Shown here: positions 1 to 9,797 of the stretch, one piece after another
How positions within the stretch are numbered: the first letter of the stretch is position 1
Layout: each line of letters begins with the position of its first letter
IMG/VR virus record: IMGVR_UViG_3300001598_000040
Span: 20,217 to 84,216 of that record
Reading direction: 5' to 3' (one strand)
Source: a virus
Taxonomy: Duplodnaviria > Caudoviricetes
DNA: 64,000 nucleotides
Program-made: the position numbers and the translations under genes
Notes under the pieces: generated by a model
What the model was told of the DNA's origin: nothing
Databases searched by the model: none
Seen by the model: only the letters and a program-made list of their open reading frames with translations

Positions 1-242
1 TGTTGGAATATAGCTTCAGAACGAGGTCGAGCTTGAAGATAATCTTCAACTGCTTCTAATGTTATATTCTTAGTTCCACCTCCAAATAATCTATAAATTG
101 TACCAAATACTATTTGATGAAATTCATTAGGAAAATCATCATCAATAAACCAATATTTATCTGTTTGATTCATTAATGAAGGAGTATTTATTAATGTTCC
201 TATTATTTGAACAGTAGCATTTATATCAATATACTTTTCCAT
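1..242 (-). CDS. 5' part of putative replicative helicase (truncated by window edge)
   Basis: Manual translation from ATG at 242: MEKYIDINATVQIIGTLINTPSLMNQTDKYWFIDDDFPNEFHQIVFGTIYRLFGGG..., resembling DnaB-type N-termini; lies in the replication cluster. Confidence 0.55.
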   Translation of the reverse strand, partial: MEKYIDINATVQIIGTLINTPSLMNQTDKYWFIDDDFPNEFHQIVFGTIYRLFGGGTKNITLEAVEDYLQARPRSEAIFQ

Positions 243-243
243 T

Positions 244-753
244 TCATCTCTCCTTATCTAATATACTAAATCTATTTGAATATTTAGGTTTTAATTTTGG
301 TGGAGATATTGTAATTACTATTTCTTCTTGAGGTTCTATATCAAAATTAATTTGACTATGTCTTTCTTTTATTTCGCTAATATTTTTATAATAATTACAA
401 GCATCTGTGTATATATATGGTACAATACCTATTCCTCCATAGGCTTTATCTGGAGAGTTCTCTTTAACTTCATACCAATATTTTAACGCATTTAAAATAC
501 CATTATAGGTATATCCATTCTCTTGAATAAAAGTTTTTATTTGCTTTTCAATTCTATTTTTAGAAAAACTTTCTTTTAAAATAGTTTGAGCGTACGAAAG
601 AATAGCATTATATGATAGCTCATCTGTAACTATTTCTGGCTCTTTCTTTTGAACACATTTTTCGTGCGCCCATCGATTAGAACTAGTTTGAATACAGGGT
701 TTTGTGTCTCTATCAAATTTGATGCCACAAACTGAACACTTCACATAATGCAT
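244..753 (-). CDS. Zn-ribbon-containing replication-cluster protein (possible helicase loader)
   Basis: N-terminal CxxC...C...H motif; abuts the helicase-like gene. Confidence 0.4.
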   Translation of the reverse strand: MHYVKCSVCGIKFDRDTKPCIQTSSNRWAHEKCVQKKEPEIVTDELSYNAILSYAQTILKESFSKNRIEKQIKTFIQENGYTYNGILNALKYWYEVKENSPDKAYGGIGIVPYIYTDACNYYKNISEIKERHSQINFDIEPQEEIVITISPPKLKPKYSNRFSILDKER

Positions 754-794
754 ATTCTCACACTCCTTGTAAATTTTATTATATCATAATTTTT

Positions 795-1793
795 TTAATT
801 ATTCAATCTTTCAATTATTGTTTCAAGTTCTATATTAATTAAATTAACTTGATCAACTTGTTGACTAGAACAATCCATTACTTTCTTTCCAACTCCAAGA
901 TATTTATTAACAATATTAGGAATTTCTTTTCCATAACTATCTGCGTCTATTGCCATCAATTTTGAAACAAGAATATTGAATTTATCTAATTCATCTTGAA
1001 ATGATAATTGAGTATCTTCAATCATATGATTTGTACTTCTCTTATCAGTAACAAATGCATTATCATATTCTGCGGCTTCCTTGTCGATGGCATCCGCAAT
1101 TGCATTAACTAAAGCATCATAAGAAAAATCAATATAATCTGGTGTATATTTAAATCTTGATCCTGCCATAAATCTTGAATTATCTCTTAAAAATAATTTA
1201 GTTACGCTCTTTTTATCTTCAGTTTCTACTACCCTTGAATATCCAATAATATCACAAGTTCTTTCGCATACCAATCTTCCTCTTTTTTCAATTGTAGGAA
1301 TGATTTTTGTGTATTCTTTACCTTCAGGATCGACAAATGTCTTTTCCGCAGAGTGACTAATTAAAATACATCCATATCCTAATTTTAAAATTTCTCTAAT
1401 TGTTTCATCAAACTCTTTCATAATCATGCCATATCCTTGACCATATGGAATATCTCCAACTTTCATACATCCATTTTGATCGCAGATATATTTAGTAACA
1501 CATTCATATGCTAAGTCCGCAGTATCAATAATAACATTATAAAACATTTCTTTTACTTGCGGATCTGCCAATTCTCGAAGTGTATTTTTCATTTCTCTCC
1601 AAGATTTCATAGGCTTCGCCATAACTCCTGGCAGCGCGTTATAACCCATTTCAAAAGCTAAAATCAAAGATTTAGGAAAATGTGAAGCTGTTGTTGTTTT
1701 ACCGCTTTTAGGAGCGCCATATAATAAAATACTATATCCTCTCAAATCTTTAGATACTATGTGTGGTTGTAAATCTAACAATGAATTTCCCAT
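795..1793 (-). CDS. AAA_24/Sak4-like P-loop ATPase
   Basis: Walker A GAPKSGKT, Walker B-like VIIDTAD, LISH motif typical of this phage family. Confidence 0.75.
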   Translation of the reverse strand: MGNSLLDLQPHIVSKDLRGYSILLYGAPKSGKTTTASHFPKSLILAFEMGYNALPGVMAKPMKSWREMKNTLRELADPQVKEMFYNVIIDTADLAYECVTKYICDQNGCMKVGDIPYGQGYGMIMKEFDETIREILKLGYGCILISHSAEKTFVDPEGKEYTKIIPTIEKRGRLVCERTCDIIGYSRVVETEDKKSVTKLFLRDNSRFMAGSRFKYTPDYIDFSYDALVNAIADAIDKEAAEYDNAFVTDKRSTNHMIEDTQLSFQDELDKFNILVSKLMAIDADSYGKEIPNIVNKYLGVGKKVMDCSSQQVDQVNLINIELETIIERLNN

Positions 1794-1863
1794 ATAAACT
1801 CTCCTTTTTTTTAATCATAATATAAATGAGAGAATGATTGCTCATTCTCTCTTAATTTATCTA

Positions 1864-2802
1864 TTAGAAATTAAAATCATCATTTGAAATATTCATAGTT
1901 GGTGCTGCTTTTGTTGTTGAAGCTGAAGCATTCTTCTTTGCTTCTCTATAAGCATCTCCATTAGCTTTAATTTCTGCAAGATACAATTCTCTATTTTTTA
2001 ATAATGTTTGGAACTCTGATACTAAAATTGTATCTGGGCTATCCCAAGCGCCTTCTTCAGGACTTCCGCCATTAATAATAAATTCTTTCTTATAACTTAC
2101 TTTCTCTTCTACTAAATCTTCACCAAAAGCATTCTCAGTTATAATCTCTTGCTTAAATACTGTGTTAATAGATTTTCCCCAAATATCAATTAAAATAGGT
2201 GAATTAGGTGAAATATCTTTAGCCATCCAATAATCTTGAGCTTGTTTACCATAAGCTACAAACGATACAGGAATAAGAGCATTCTTATAGCCAAATACAT
2301 ATCCTTTAAATTCCGTCTTAGGAATTTGATCAACATCTGTAGGATATTCAAATACATTACCAATTATCATTGAAACTTTAAATGAATTTTTCTTTTCCTT
2401 TGGATTATCAAAATCGATAGGGTTCTTTAGCTTATTTACAAAACCACCCTCATATCTTAGAGTACTCTTTAATTGACCACTTTCATCATAATACTCATTT
2501 ACATTAAACATAACTCCGCTTGTTGATACATTATAGGCTTCATCAAAATTACTGCCCATAACTGTACAAGAAGGATTTTCTATAATCTCTTCAAAGAATT
2601 GATATGTCTTATTAGGCTTTCCGCTAGCAAATTCCGCTGTAACATATCTATAATAAATATCTACAGTGTTATTACCTTCTTTTTCTGTCAAGATTGATAT
2701 TCTTCCTGAAATATATTCAATTCCTTTTTGTGATACTTTCTTTTCTAAATTATGACTGTACAATTTACCTTTTACTGAAATTTCGTGTAACATATTTCTC
2801 AT
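1864..2802 (-). CDS. putative single-stranded DNA-binding protein
   Basis: Beta-rich OB-like repeats, acidic/aromatic C-tail (ISNDDFNF), adjacent to Sak4-like gene. Confidence 0.55.
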   Translation of the reverse strand: MRNMLHEISVKGKLYSHNLEKKVSQKGIEYISGRISILTEKEGNNTVDIYYRYVTAEFASGKPNKTYQFFEEIIENPSCTVMGSNFDEAYNVSTSGVMFNVNEYYDESGQLKSTLRYEGGFVNKLKNPIDFDNPKEKKNSFKVSMIIGNVFEYPTDVDQIPKTEFKGYVFGYKNALIPVSFVAYGKQAQDYWMAKDISPNSPILIDIWGKSINTVFKQEIITENAFGEDLVEEKVSYKKEFIINGGSPEEGAWDSPDTILVSEFQTLLKNRELYLAEIKANGDAYREAKKNASASTTKAAPTMNISNDDFNF

Positions 2803-2803
2803 A

Positions 2804-3178
2804 TTATTCTTCCTCCAATTTTTCTAACTCTTCAACTACATTTACTTTCATACCTGTTTCAGAAATTGTATATACTGCGGGATGCTCAGCTATTTTAACT
2901 AAATAACCGTCATTTTCAAGTTTTCTACACCATCCAGATGTAACTCTTGATGACACTTCAAATACCTCTCCCATTTCTTTAGCCTTAATTTCTGCTTTAG
3001 GATTCTGCTGGAATAAACCAATTACTTTCAAGCCGCCTTCAGTAAACTTAGCTTTCTTTGGTGGTTCTGCAGCTTTCTTAAAATCCTCAAAATATTCTAA
3101 TACAGATTGAGGAATTTCATCTTCATTTGCCTCAAAATAAGGCTCAACAATTTCTATAAATTGCTCTTTAAGTGACAT
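2804..3178 (-). CDS. winged helix-turn-helix protein
   Basis: KAKEMGEVFEVSSRVTSGWCRKLENDGYL...PAVY wHTH pattern. Confidence 0.6.
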   Translation of the reverse strand: MSLKEQFIEIVEPYFEANEDEIPQSVLEYFEDFKKAAEPPKKAKFTEGGLKVIGLFQQNPKAEIKAKEMGEVFEVSSRVTSGWCRKLENDGYLVKIAEHPAVYTISETGMKVNVVEELEKLEEE

Positions 3179-3210
3179 ATCAATACTCTCCTTATCTTTA
3201 TTGTATAATT

Positions 3211-3239
3211 ATTATATCATAATTTTTTTATAAAATCAA
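3211..3239 (-). promoter_or_regulatory. sigmaA-type promoter embedded in the thyX 3' end
   Basis: TTGATT-17bp-TATAAT with extended TG; the thyX TGA stop overlaps the extended -10. Confidence 0.7.
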
Positions 3240-3900
3240 TTATAGGTTTTTTACAAGACATTGCACCTTCAGGACAGTGACCTGTTACACAACCTGCTCC
3301 TGCGTTTTCAAATAATTTAGGGGAAACTTCCTTGCATAATTTTAACATTTGAATTGCTAATTCTCTAATCTCCCATTGCGCTCTATTGCAAGTTCTCAAT
3401 TTAAAAAAGTTATATAAAGAGCGAACATTCATCGTACAAATTAATGATGTACTACAAGCATTTGGTAGTATATATCTTGCATCTTCTGCGGGAATACCAT
3501 CTCTTATTAATTCACTATATACATCATTAATCTGTTGCATTAACTTATTATACTTTCCATAGCAATAATTTTCATTTTTAAGAATACTATCTGGTACTAT
3601 AAAATTAAATCCATTTTCATTACAATATCTTTGAGATTTTTGAGAATATGAAGCTATTCTATGTCTAACTAATTGATGAGAACAAGCTCTAGATATTCCT
3701 TCTATACCGAAGGTAAATGTTACGTGTTCAAATGGACTTTCATGACCGAGAGAAACTAATTTATCAATAAATTTATTTAAACTCTCTTCTGTGAAATTAA
3801 CCATAATCTCAGATATTTCTTTATTACTATAGCATAGGCGTGCGGCTGCTGCTATTGCTTTTTCTGGTTCTGGAGTATGTGCTAATAATATTACTTTCAT
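3217..3900 (-). CDS. thyX: FAD-dependent thymidylate synthase
   Basis: HESPFEH and RHRIASYSQKSQRY ThyX signature. Confidence 0.95.
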   Translation of the reverse strand: MKVILLAHTPEPEKAIAAAARLCYSNKEISEIMVNFTEESLNKFIDKLVSLGHESPFEHVTFTFGIEGISRACSHQLVRHRIASYSQKSQRYCNENGFNFIVPDSILKNENYCYGKYNKLMQQINDVYSELIRDGIPAEDARYILPNACSTSLICTMNVRSLYNFFKLRTCNRAQWEIRELAIQMLKLCKEVSPKLFENAGAGCVTGHCPEGAMSCKKPIIDFIKKL

Positions 3901-4193
3901 TCTAAAATATGTCCTTTCTTAATTGAGTCTGAATATCCTTTTACTTTAGATGTTCTACTATAAATATAATCTTCAAGATTGTCAATATATATATTTTGAT
4001 TTACTTCATCTTCAAGACTATAGTCAAAGTAGTGAATAAATAACATCTTAGAAGTATCAATATTATATTTAGCTGCGCGTGTTCGCATCTTATTCGGATC
4101 TTTACAAACAATAATTGCAGGTTTGTTTTCAGACGCAGCTAATAATAATCTTTTAGTTTTACCCGTCCCTGGTTGTCCTATGTACTTATTCAT
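3897..4193 (-). CDS. small P-loop-containing protein
   Basis: GQPGTGKT at the N-terminus; only 98 aa. Confidence 0.5.
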   Translation of the reverse strand: MNKYIGQPGTGKTKRLLLAASENKPAIIVCKDPNKMRTRAAKYNIDTSKMLFIHYFDYSLEDEVNQNIYIDNLEDYIYSRTSKVKGYSDSIKKGHILE

Positions 4194-4197
4194 TTCA

Positions 4198-4956
4198 TTA
4201 ACCTCCAGCTTTCATATTATAGCCATAGCTATTTGTTTGAAATAATTCTATATAAAATTTTTCTCTTGAAGATAATTGCTCTTTGGGACATTTTTCTAAT
4301 ACTTCAAAAGTAAAATTCCATACTCCATCCTTAATCATTGCGGAATATAATTTATTAGTTATATTCTTATCGAGTCCCAATCCTCTTTTTACATGGGTTC
4401 TCCATCTATCTTTAAAATTAACGCATTGTCCTATGTATTGTTTATTATCTAATGTATTAGTAATCTTATAAATACCACTCGCTTCTGAGTTAATACCAAC
4501 AACTCTACCTAACAAATCATTTAGATTATGTTCAAAATAGGTTTTATATATTAATTTTAACAACACATCAGGAGCATTTAATGTAGATGAAAAATCTAAA
4601 AGTTTTTGAATATCTTCTAAATCTTTCTCCTCTATATTAATTTTATAAAATCGAGATTGTTTTTCAATTTCTTCTTTTCTTTTTTCATTTTCTATAAGAG
4701 CTTCTAAGATTTGTTTCTTTTGATCGATTTGCTCCTTTATATTATCTAATTTATAATTATATTCTACACATTGAAGATCTATTTGATTTTTTTCATTATA
4801 TAAATTATCAATGCGATCATCAAGATCTTCTATAGTTTCTTTCTTTTGTTTAATTCTATCTTCAAATGTTTCTATAATTTCATTTTGCCTTTTTAGATTT
4901 GTCCCATCTAATAAAGAAATAATAAAACAACAAAATCGTCTAATTAACTTTTTCAT
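4198..4956 (-). CDS. coiled-coil protein with C-terminal GIY-YIG nuclease domain
   Basis: GIYKITN...YIGQ...R...H motif and FEVLE; long heptad-rich N-terminal half. Confidence 0.75.
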   Translation of the reverse strand: MKKLIRRFCCFIISLLDGTNLKRQNEIIETFEDRIKQKKETIEDLDDRIDNLYNEKNQIDLQCVEYNYKLDNIKEQIDQKKQILEALIENEKRKEEIEKQSRFYKINIEEKDLEDIQKLLDFSSTLNAPDVLLKLIYKTYFEHNLNDLLGRVVGINSEASGIYKITNTLDNKQYIGQCVNFKDRWRTHVKRGLGLDKNITNKLYSAMIKDGVWNFTFEVLEKCPKEQLSSREKFYIELFQTNSYGYNMKAGG

Positions 4957-5158
4957 TCTTTTCCTCCAAGAGTTTAAGTGTGTTTATCATTTTATCTAAT
5001 TCAAGCATCTTCTCACATCCATATTCATCGATAAAATCATTAACTAATTTATCTATAACTTGTTCATTCTCAGGATAATAATCTAAACTCTTTTCATAAT
5101 ACCATATTTGATTTGCGTATTCAGTTATTTTCATTTGAATATATCCTCCACTAAACAA
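4940..5158 (-). CDS. hypothetical protein
   Basis: ORF track; overlaps neighbours in operon fashion. Confidence 0.45.
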   Translation of the reverse strand: MFSGGYIQMKITEYANQIWYYEKSLDYYPENEQVIDKLVNDFIDEYGCEKMLELDKMINTLKLLEEKNEKVN

Positions 5159-6204
5159 TCAAAATCATTTTTATCATCTCTAAACCCCTTAAAGATTCCG
5201 TGTCTAATTGTATATTCTTTTGAATCTAGAGACATACAGTCAACTCTGCATACTTTATTTATATATTTATCAGGTTCATCCGCAAATGCTTGTCTTAAAT
5301 CATCAGTTAATCCTGAAGCTATTGTGCCTATTGATTTTAATGTACCATCAGGCATATATGCTCCTATTTCTATCGCAGTTTTCCAACCATAAAAATAACC
5401 TTTAGTAACAGGTATATCATCTTCCCAAAACTCCCAAGTATCTAATTCTTTACCTGTATACTCTTTTGTTGCATCACAAAAACCTATACATATTACATCT
5501 GCAGTATCGTGTTGTTTCATTTTAATAGTTGACCAAGCAGGACGCTTTTCTGGTGTATATTTATAATCTTTCTTTTTAAGAACTATACCTTCTTCTCCTG
5601 AGTTAAGAGTATTAATAGTTATTTCAGAGAGATTGTCAAGATATACTTCAGCCAATTCAATAAAATCATATTGGTCTAAATTAAAAGAATGATAAGTTTC
5701 TTTTAATATTTCATATCTTTCTAAAGCTCCTTTAGATGTCAAATCTTCTCCATTAAGTTCAATAATATCGTGAATATAATAATGTATTAATCCTTTTTCA
5801 TTCTGTCTATCAATAGCTTTCTGCGGCAGACAGCCCATTATCGTAGTTACAGTTTTAGAAGTTCCATTAGGATAATAAACTTCTCCTACTATAATTGTAT
5901 TAGTAGGTAAACAATTCAAAGCAGCCATAATATGCGGAACATTAGCAGATTTCTCAGTTAATACTCCTGTAGTTTTAGACTCCGTCTTTCCAAACAAATA
6001 TGAATAATGTTCTGTTTTTTCAAATTCATACCAATATCCATCTTTTTTAATTTGACCAAAATATTCTCCACTTTCTGCTTTTTCTTCATACATATGCTCT
6101 TTTCCCTGTGGCAGTTTCCATACTTTCATTGCAGGTATCATTAATGCTTCTGGATAATATTCATCAATAGCTTCTCTAGTATACATATTATTTCCACCTT
6201 TCAA
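5131..6204 (-). CDS. ATP-dependent DNA ligase
   Basis: Motif I KKDG, GEVY, DII, EEGIVLK, IKMK and a C-terminal OB fold ending in RDDK; true start probably at MYTRE. Confidence 0.9.
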   Translation of the reverse strand: MKGGNNMYTREAIDEYYPEALMIPAMKVWKLPQGKEHMYEEKAESGEYFGQIKKDGYWYEFEKTEHYSYLFGKTESKTTGVLTEKSANVPHIMAALNCLPTNTIIVGEVYYPNGTSKTVTTIMGCLPQKAIDRQNEKGLIHYYIHDIIELNGEDLTSKGALERYEILKETYHSFNLDQYDFIELAEVYLDNLSEITINTLNSGEEGIVLKKKDYKYTPEKRPAWSTIKMKQHDTADVICIGFCDATKEYTGKELDTWEFWEDDIPVTKGYFYGWKTAIEIGAYMPDGTLKSIGTIASGLTDDLRQAFADEPDKYINKVCRVDCMSLDSKEYTIRHGIFKGFRDDKNDFDCLVEDIFK

Positions 6205-6751
6205 TTATCTGGTCTAAAGTTACAGGTTTCCATTCATAAAATCCGCACCAGCAATTATAGAACTGACATTTTGAACAACTATCTCCTCGCTCATCTTTTT
6301 CAAGAATTTGTTGTTTAAAATCTTGTATCATTTCTTCTTCCCAAGTATTATGCAAATGTCCATATAGATGATAAATATTCCTATTCCAATCGGATTTATA
6401 AAAAATCATAGGATAATGTGACATAAGAATCTTTCGTCCATTGTCTGTAATTTCTTTATAATCTTTAATATCTGTAAAATACTTTTTTACCTTTGCGGTC
6501 ATATGTCTTAAATCGTGATTGCCTAGTATCAAACATTTCGATCCATTTAGTCTATTAAGAATTTTAATCCATTCATCTTCTTTTGCCCAACAGAAATCTC
6601 CAAGAATATAGACTGTATCATTTTTGGAAACGACAGAGTTCCAATTATTAATTAGAATCTCTGTCATCTCCTCAATAGAATCGAAAGGTCTGTTATCAAA
6701 TTTAATAACATTTGTATGTAGAAAATGCAAATCAGATATATAATAATTCAC
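6188..6751 (-). CDS. calcineurin-like metallophosphoesterase
   Basis: SDLH, LGDF, GNHD, SHYP, GHLH motifs. Confidence 0.9.
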   Translation of the reverse strand: MNYYISDLHFLHTNVIKFDNRPFDSIEEMTEILINNWNSVVSKNDTVYILGDFCWAKEDEWIKILNRLNGSKCLILGNHDLRHMTAKVKKYFTDIKDYKEITDNGRKILMSHYPMIFYKSDWNRNIYHLYGHLHNTWEEEMIQDFKQQILEKDERGDSCSKCQFYNCWCGFYEWKPVTLDQIIERWK

Positions 6752-6820
6752 ATCATCACTCCTTTCAACTTTCTATATATATTATATAATAAATTATTTA
6801 ATAAAACAATTAATAGATTT

Positions 6821-9145
6821 TTAAATTTCATTAATTGTATTTGCTTTAGATGTTTTAATTAATATATTACCATTAGCAGTTCTTGTAGTTAAAGGAATAT
6901 CTTTTATTTTAATGCATAAAGTATTATCTTCTCCTGAAATTAAAATATCTTTATTTTCATCTGTGATAATGCAAGTATCTGCTACTGGATTTTTAGCAAT
7001 AATAACACCTTTTCCGCTTCTTTTTTGTAAAGGTATATCTTCAATTTTTATTCTATTACCCGTTCCATTATATTTAAGTATTGCTAATTGTCCTGCGGCA
7101 TAGTGTAATCTTTTTACTACATCTCCTTCTTCTAGATTAATAGCTTTAACTCCACAAGTTGCTCTTCCTGTTGGATTAACATCTTTTAAGCTAAATTTTA
7201 TTGCATATCCGCATTCAGTAGTTACAACAACATTTGCATCTTCGCCTACTATAACATCTACCAAATTATCATCTTCTTTTAATTTCAAAGCTACAATACC
7301 ATTTTTCTTTTTAACATTTTTAAATTCAGTTAAGAATGTTTTCTTTATTAATCCTTTTTCTGTTATAAAGGTTATAAATAATTCCTCTTTATCGCATTTA
7401 CATACTGCTTTAACAGATTGAGATGATGGTAGATTAATAAGACTATATAATGATGTTCCCGCACTTGTATTCTTAGTTTCGGGGATATCATTTACTAATA
7501 ATTTATACGCTTTACCATCGGAAGTAAAAATTGAGATATTATCTAAAGTAGTTAAACTTTCAGTATAAAGAATTAAATCATCTTGTGACTTTGTTCCTTT
7601 TCTATTTCTAGATTGCGGTTTATATGTCTGTCTAGGTACTCGTTTAATATAACCTTTTTGAGTTACTACTACAACAACATCTTCTTTTTCTATTGCGGGT
7701 TTTTCTATTTTCTCTTTTTTAGTTTCAATATTAGTTATTTCAGTTCTTCTGTTGTCACCAAATCTATCTACAATATCTTTTAGTTTTAATCTTATAGTGT
7801 TTATTTGTAGATCTTTATTAGTCAATAGTAAAGATAATGATTCTATTTCTGATGATAATTGTTTCTGCTCTTCTTCAAGTTGGATTCTTTCCAATCCTGC
7901 TAATTTACCTAGCTTCATATCTACAATAGCTTTAGCTTGAGCTTCTGAGAATTTATATTTCTCTTTTAAATTATCTTTTGCCTTTGCGGCACTTTCACTC
8001 TTCTTTATTAAAGTGATAATATTATCAATATCTTCTAAACACTTTAACAATCCATCTACTATTTCTTTTCTATCTTTAGCTTTATCTAAATCAAATTGAG
8101 TTTCTCTCTTTAAGCAATCGATATTATGATTTAGATATATTTCAATACAATCTTTTAATCCTAATTCTGTAGGCACTTTATCTACTAAAGCTACTTGATT
8201 GTAAGAGAATGAAGTTTCTAATGATGTTTCTTTAAACAAAGATACAACAATAGATTCTGGATTTATTCCTTTTTCACATTCAATTACTATTCTTAAACCT
8301 TTTTTATTACTTTCATTGCGGATGTCCGCAATATTAATTAACTTTTCTTCTTCACAGAGTTTGCCTATATCATTAATCAATTCTTCTACTTTTATACCAT
8401 ATGGAACTTCATAGAATATAATATTTTGTTTCTCAATTTTATATTTACCTCTAATTTTTACAGAGCCTCTTCCTTTTGATATAATTTGAGGTAAATCTTT
8501 ACCATTGATGATTAATCCTCCTGTAGGAAAGTCTGGACCTGGAAGAGTAGGTTCTTTACCATCCATATAATCATAAATAGCATCTGCTACTTCTCTAAGA
8601 TTATGACAAGCCCAATTCGCTGCCAAAGCAACTCCAATACCCATATTAGGATTACACAGTAGATTAGGAAAAATTGCGGGCAGAGTAATAGGTTCATTAT
8701 CTGTTTCGTCATAATTAGGAATGAAATCTACATTATTTTTCTTTATTCCTTTTAACATTCCTTCTTCAGCTAATTTTGTAAGTCTTGCTTCTGTATAACG
8801 AGCTGCAGCCGCATCATCTCCATCTATATTACCAAAATTACCGTGACCATCTATAAGAGGATAACGCATTACCCAATTTTGAGATAGTCTAACTAAAGCT
8901 CCATAGATTGAAGAATCTCCGTGAGGATGTAGCTTAGCCATAACTTCACCTACGATATTTGCACACTTTACATGAGGCTTTGATGAAATTCTTCCTCCAG
9001 ATAATGCTCCCCATAAAATTCTGCGGGCTACTGGTTTAAGTCCACTTTTTGCATCTGGAATAGCTCTATCTGAGTTTACAGCCGCACTGTACTCTATAAA
9101 ATTATCACTTAATTCTTGTATAATATCAATCTGTTGCATTGTCAT
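6821..9145 (-). CDS. gyrA: type II topoisomerase A subunit (GyrA/ParC family)
   Basis: DGLKP-like SGLKPVARR, HPHGDS, catalytic AARYTEARL, GPDFPTGG, beta-pinwheel C-terminal repeats. Confidence 0.9.
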   Translation of the reverse strand: MTMQQIDIIQELSDNFIEYSAAVNSDRAIPDAKSGLKPVARRILWGALSGGRISSKPHVKCANIVGEVMAKLHPHGDSSIYGALVRLSQNWVMRYPLIDGHGNFGNIDGDDAAAARYTEARLTKLAEEGMLKGIKKNNVDFIPNYDETDNEPITLPAIFPNLLCNPNMGIGVALAANWACHNLREVADAIYDYMDGKEPTLPGPDFPTGGLIINGKDLPQIISKGRGSVKIRGKYKIEKQNIIFYEVPYGIKVEELINDIGKLCEEEKLINIADIRNESNKKGLRIVIECEKGINPESIVVSLFKETSLETSFSYNQVALVDKVPTELGLKDCIEIYLNHNIDCLKRETQFDLDKAKDRKEIVDGLLKCLEDIDNIITLIKKSESAAKAKDNLKEKYKFSEAQAKAIVDMKLGKLAGLERIQLEEEQKQLSSEIESLSLLLTNKDLQINTIRLKLKDIVDRFGDNRRTEITNIETKKEKIEKPAIEKEDVVVVVTQKGYIKRVPRQTYKPQSRNRKGTKSQDDLILYTESLTTLDNISIFTSDGKAYKLLVNDIPETKNTSAGTSLYSLINLPSSQSVKAVCKCDKEELFITFITEKGLIKKTFLTEFKNVKKKNGIVALKLKEDDNLVDVIVGEDANVVVTTECGYAIKFSLKDVNPTGRATCGVKAINLEEGDVVKRLHYAAGQLAILKYNGTGNRIKIEDIPLQKRSGKGVIIAKNPVADTCIITDENKDILISGEDNTLCIKIKDIPLTTRTANGNILIKTSKANTINEI

Positions 9146-9401
9146 CCTCCTTTAAAAAATCTTCTATATTATAATCTAAAATTGAACTTTTATTCTCATT
9201 AACTTGAGGTAGATATACATTAGTTATTTCTTCATTACAGTAAGGACAAGTAAAAGGATAAATAATTGTATTTCCCTCTCCTCCTAAATAAATATTATCT
9301 TCATATATTATATGTCTTTCAAAGTCATAGATATTTATTTTGTCTAATACTGAATGACAATTATTACATACTGGAACAAAACCTATAGTAGTACTCATCA
9401 T
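9126..9401 (-). CDS. small Zn-ribbon protein between the topoisomerase B and A genes
   Basis: CNNC...CPYC; overlaps both neighbours. Confidence 0.55.
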   Translation of the reverse strand: MMSTTIGFVPVCNNCHSVLDKINIYDFERHIIYEDNIYLGGEGNTIIYPFTCPYCNEEITNVYLPQVNENKSSILDYNIEDFLKEDDNATD

Positions 9402-9797
9402 ATATCTCCTTTAGCTTCCGCACTATGATTTTTGATAAATGTTTTTCTTGCAGTAACCCCATCGCCCATTAAGTCTTCAAAAATTTTATCTGTTTGTGCT
9501 ATGTCTGAGATTGTAAGTTGCTTTAATATACGATTTTCAGGATTAGTTAAAGTTTCTTCTGTTTCATCTATCGACATTTCTCCTAGACCCTTCATACGAC
9601 CAACCTGATATTTCTTATTAGCATTTTCTTTTCTATATTCTTCTAATGCTCCATCGTTCTTTAAATACTTATACCCTTTAGATGTTGTTATTTTATATAA
9701 TGGCGGAACAGCCGCATACACATAACCTTTTTCTATAAGTTCTGGACAGAAGTTCCATATAAAAGTGTAGAATAATGACTTGATATGCGCTCCATCG
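9398..9797 (-). CDS. gyrB: type II topoisomerase B subunit, exon 2
   Basis: Translates (V)DGAHIKSLFYTFIWNFCPELIEKGYVYAAVPPLY...RMKGLGEM, the canonical continuation of DADV. Confidence 0.92.
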
